Below, one piece after another: positions 43,793 through 45,428 of a stretch of DNA of 45,428 nt (its first letter is position 1; every line of letters begins with the position of its first letter). Position numbers and translations under genes: made by a program. Under the pieces are notes generated by a model, which searched no databases, was not told where the DNA came from, and saw only the letters and a list, made by a program, of their open reading frames with translations. The stretch comes from a virus (Duplodnaviria > Heunggongvirae > Uroviricota > Caudoviricetes): positions 132,337 to 177,764 of the IMG/VR virus record IMGVR_UViG_3300006467_000563; one strand, given 5' to 3'.

Positions 43793-44122
43793 ATGAAATT
43801 ATCACAAAAGAGTAGCGAAAATTTTCGTAACAATCTGCATAAAATTGCCGCATTGAACGGTAATAGATGTATGATAGGTGAATTATCCAGACGGTATGAA
43901 GATGGTACAATTTGTGCTGGCATGGCTTGTCTATCAGAATCTGAGCAAGATGTAGCAGCAGAAGACAACGTGGGCACAATGTCTTCATATGCAAGACGTA
44001 ATAATTTTTCAGCGGATGATACTTTTATCATAAATGAATTGGAAAATATACACGATGATGTGATGCTTGGTGATACTCTAGTGTCTGCACTACTTCAATC
44101 AATCGGCAAGTATTTAGCATAA
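43793..44122 (+). CDS. Phage early protein, paralog of 40804..41154
   Basis: RYEDGTICAGMACLSESE...LENIHD. Confidence 0.6.
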   Translation: MKLSQKSSENFRNNLHKIAALNGNRCMIGELSRRYEDGTICAGMACLSESEQDVAAEDNVGTMSSYARRNNFSADDTFIINELENIHDDVMLGDTLVSALLQSIGKYLA

Positions 44123-44125
44123 GGC

Positions 44126-44206
44126 ATATATTTCATGTACAACTGTATGGGGCCTAATGTTAGTTTTTAATCCTTCTAACACTGTACAGTTGTGCTTAAA
44201 GTATAT
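44126..44206 (+). other. Long intergenic RNA hairpin
   Basis: GTACAACTGTATGG/CTGTACAGTTGTGC 14 bp stem with three G-U pairs plus flanking stems. Confidence 0.6.
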
Positions 44207-44242
44207 TTCTGAAACTTTTTCTCTTTTTTGGGTTGAAAACCG

Positions 44243-44479
44243 ATGGATGAGATGCTAGAATACAGGGCAGAAATGACCGATACTTTCGGTGGTGAAGCGA
44301 ATTACTGTTGGGTTGATAGAACGGCTGGCAAGAAAAGGAGCGAACTTGCAGTCGTGAGGGAAGTAAAAAAGGCTTTCGGGATTACTGGTTTACGATGTGC
44401 TCGTGAGGATTATATGGATAGTATTGTATTACGTCCATACGGCATGAATATTATTGTTTTTATCAATTTTCAGTTCTAG
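44243..44479 (+). CDS. Conserved phage early protein (TDTFGGEANYxWV family)
   Basis: Recognisable motif; start uncertain because TTGAAA-17-TAGAAT overlaps it. Confidence 0.65.
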   Translation: MDEMLEYRAEMTDTFGGEANYCWVDRTAGKKRSELAVVREVKKAFGITGLRCAREDYMDSIVLRPYGMNIIVFINFQF

Positions 44480-44484
44480 TTAGG

Positions 44485-44513
44485 TTGACACTACACATAA
44501 AACAGATTACAAT
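44485..44513 (+). promoter_or_regulatory. Sigma-70-type promoter
   Basis: TTGACA-17-TACAAT. Confidence 0.75.
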
Positions 44514-44621
44514 TACTGTAGAATCAGAAGAGCAAGTAGAAACAATCCAGAACCTGCTTCAAGAGGCAGAAGAGGAATGTATTATTGATTTTCCTTTTAA
44601 CACGAAGGTAGAGGATGTAAA

Positions 44622-44903
44622 GTGAAATACAAAACTACCAAAGTATTCGAGACAGCGAACATGCCTGATTTTGTTGTCGCTTGGGTTGGTGACCTGTTTT
44701 ATGATGCGTGTAGCGATACAGTAGGCATGTATGTATTCTGTGAATCAGAAGTTGAAGAGATTGCCGAATGTCAAGATATACATCAATGGTTTCTTGATAA
44801 TGGATGTGTTCCGGGTGAACATATTATCCTAGAACGTGGTACGTGGACAGCTAACCACAATACTACGCTTGAGTCACTATATGGCAAACAAAATAAGGAT
44901 TAA
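44622..44903 (+). CDS. Hypothetical early protein
   Basis: GAGGA SD, GTG start. Confidence 0.55.
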   Translation: MKYKTTKVFETANMPDFVVAWVGDLFYDACSDTVGMYVFCESEVEEIAECQDIHQWFLDNGCVPGEHIILERGTWTANHNTTLESLYGKQNKD

Positions 44904-44906
44904 ACT

Positions 44907-45083
44907 ATGTTGACAGTACAATCTGAGCAAGATATTATCATGGAACGATTCAAGGCTAATTTATCTCACACAGATAAAGCTACCATGAATGTATACATGG
45001 AATTCCTACTGAGCGATGAAACAAGCTGGGAAAATTTTGTAGAAAAAGTGAAGCGTGCACTTGACGATACATGTAATATCTGA
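44907..45083 (+). CDS. Small hypothetical protein (58 aa)
   Basis: Not in ORF track; AAGGA SD; MLTVQSEQDIIMERFK... Confidence 0.5.
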   Translation: MLTVQSEQDIIMERFKANLSHTDKATMNVYMEFLLSDETSWENFVEKVKRALDDTCNI

Positions 45084-45090
45084 TAAGCTG
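45062..45090 (+). promoter_or_regulatory. Sigma-70-type promoter
   Basis: TTGACG-17-TAAGCT with TGn. Confidence 0.6.
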
Positions 45091-45130
45091 TAGTCTGTTC
45101 GGTATGAGTGTTAGTTAAAAACAGGAGTGT

Positions 45131-45403
45131 ATGATGGATTTTTCATATGAGTATGTTGGTATCGTAGAAATTAACGGTGATGTGATTACTGTTGTACGTC
45201 ATGGTAATTATATAATCATGGGGAGTGTATGTAATGTCGGTTTATTTGCCGAATATATGTACACTATCGACGACTTCTACTCTTTTGAAGAGAATCTTCA
45301 AGAATGTATTCTCGATTTAGAGGTTGCGTGTACAGAGGGTATGCAATACACGACTGAAAATTTTCAATATTTTGATACAACTCTGTTGACACCAGAAGCC
45401 TAA
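45131..45403 (+). CDS. Hypothetical early protein
   Basis: AGGAG SD. Confidence 0.6.
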   Translation: MMDFSYEYVGIVEINGDVITVVRHGNYIIMGSVCNVGLFAEYMYTIDDFYSFEENLQECILDLEVACTEGMQYTTENFQYFDTTLLTPEA

Positions 45404-45414
45404 CCTGCTAAGAT
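45386..45414 (+). promoter_or_regulatory. Sigma-70-type promoter
   Basis: TTGACA-17-TAAGAT with TGn. Confidence 0.7.
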
Positions 45415-45428
45415 ACACCCATCAGACA

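Noticed and set aside
17701-44031. Minus-strand ORFs in the plus-strand gene blocks, and ORFs 36192..36392, 37098..37283, 42191..42385
   Set aside because: Shadow ORFs, or translations of non-coding repeat elements with no SD and low-complexity products

Overview
A 45.4 kb fragment of a large tailed dsDNA phage (Caudoviricetes, standard genetic code) with three parts. (1) 1-17.5 kb, minus strand: late/virion operon. In transcription order it holds a sigma-70-like factor, a probable small terminase, a GDP-mannose 4,6-dehydratase, HNH and ERCC4 nucleases, large terminase, portal, protease-scaffold, capsid decoration protein, major capsid protein, a beta-helix/fibre cassette and head-completion genes. 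(2) 17.7-33.8 kb, plus strand: a dense run of about 50 small genes. About 14 are divergent paralogs of a DUF2829/Tad2-like domain with shuffled C-terminal modules, and one is a metallophosphoesterase. (3) 33.8-45.4 kb, plus strand: a sparse early-type region with many near-consensus sigma-70 promoters, terminators, a DUF932 gene and four long non-coding modules. These modules share a hairpin and AGTTAGC leader, arrays of a degenerate polar 29 bp quasi-palindrome separated by GC-rich spacers (about 24 copies), and a ~110 bp element. The best candidates for undescribed biology are this repeat-array module system and the Tad2-like paralog expansion. All assignments come from reading motifs by eye; no searches were run.
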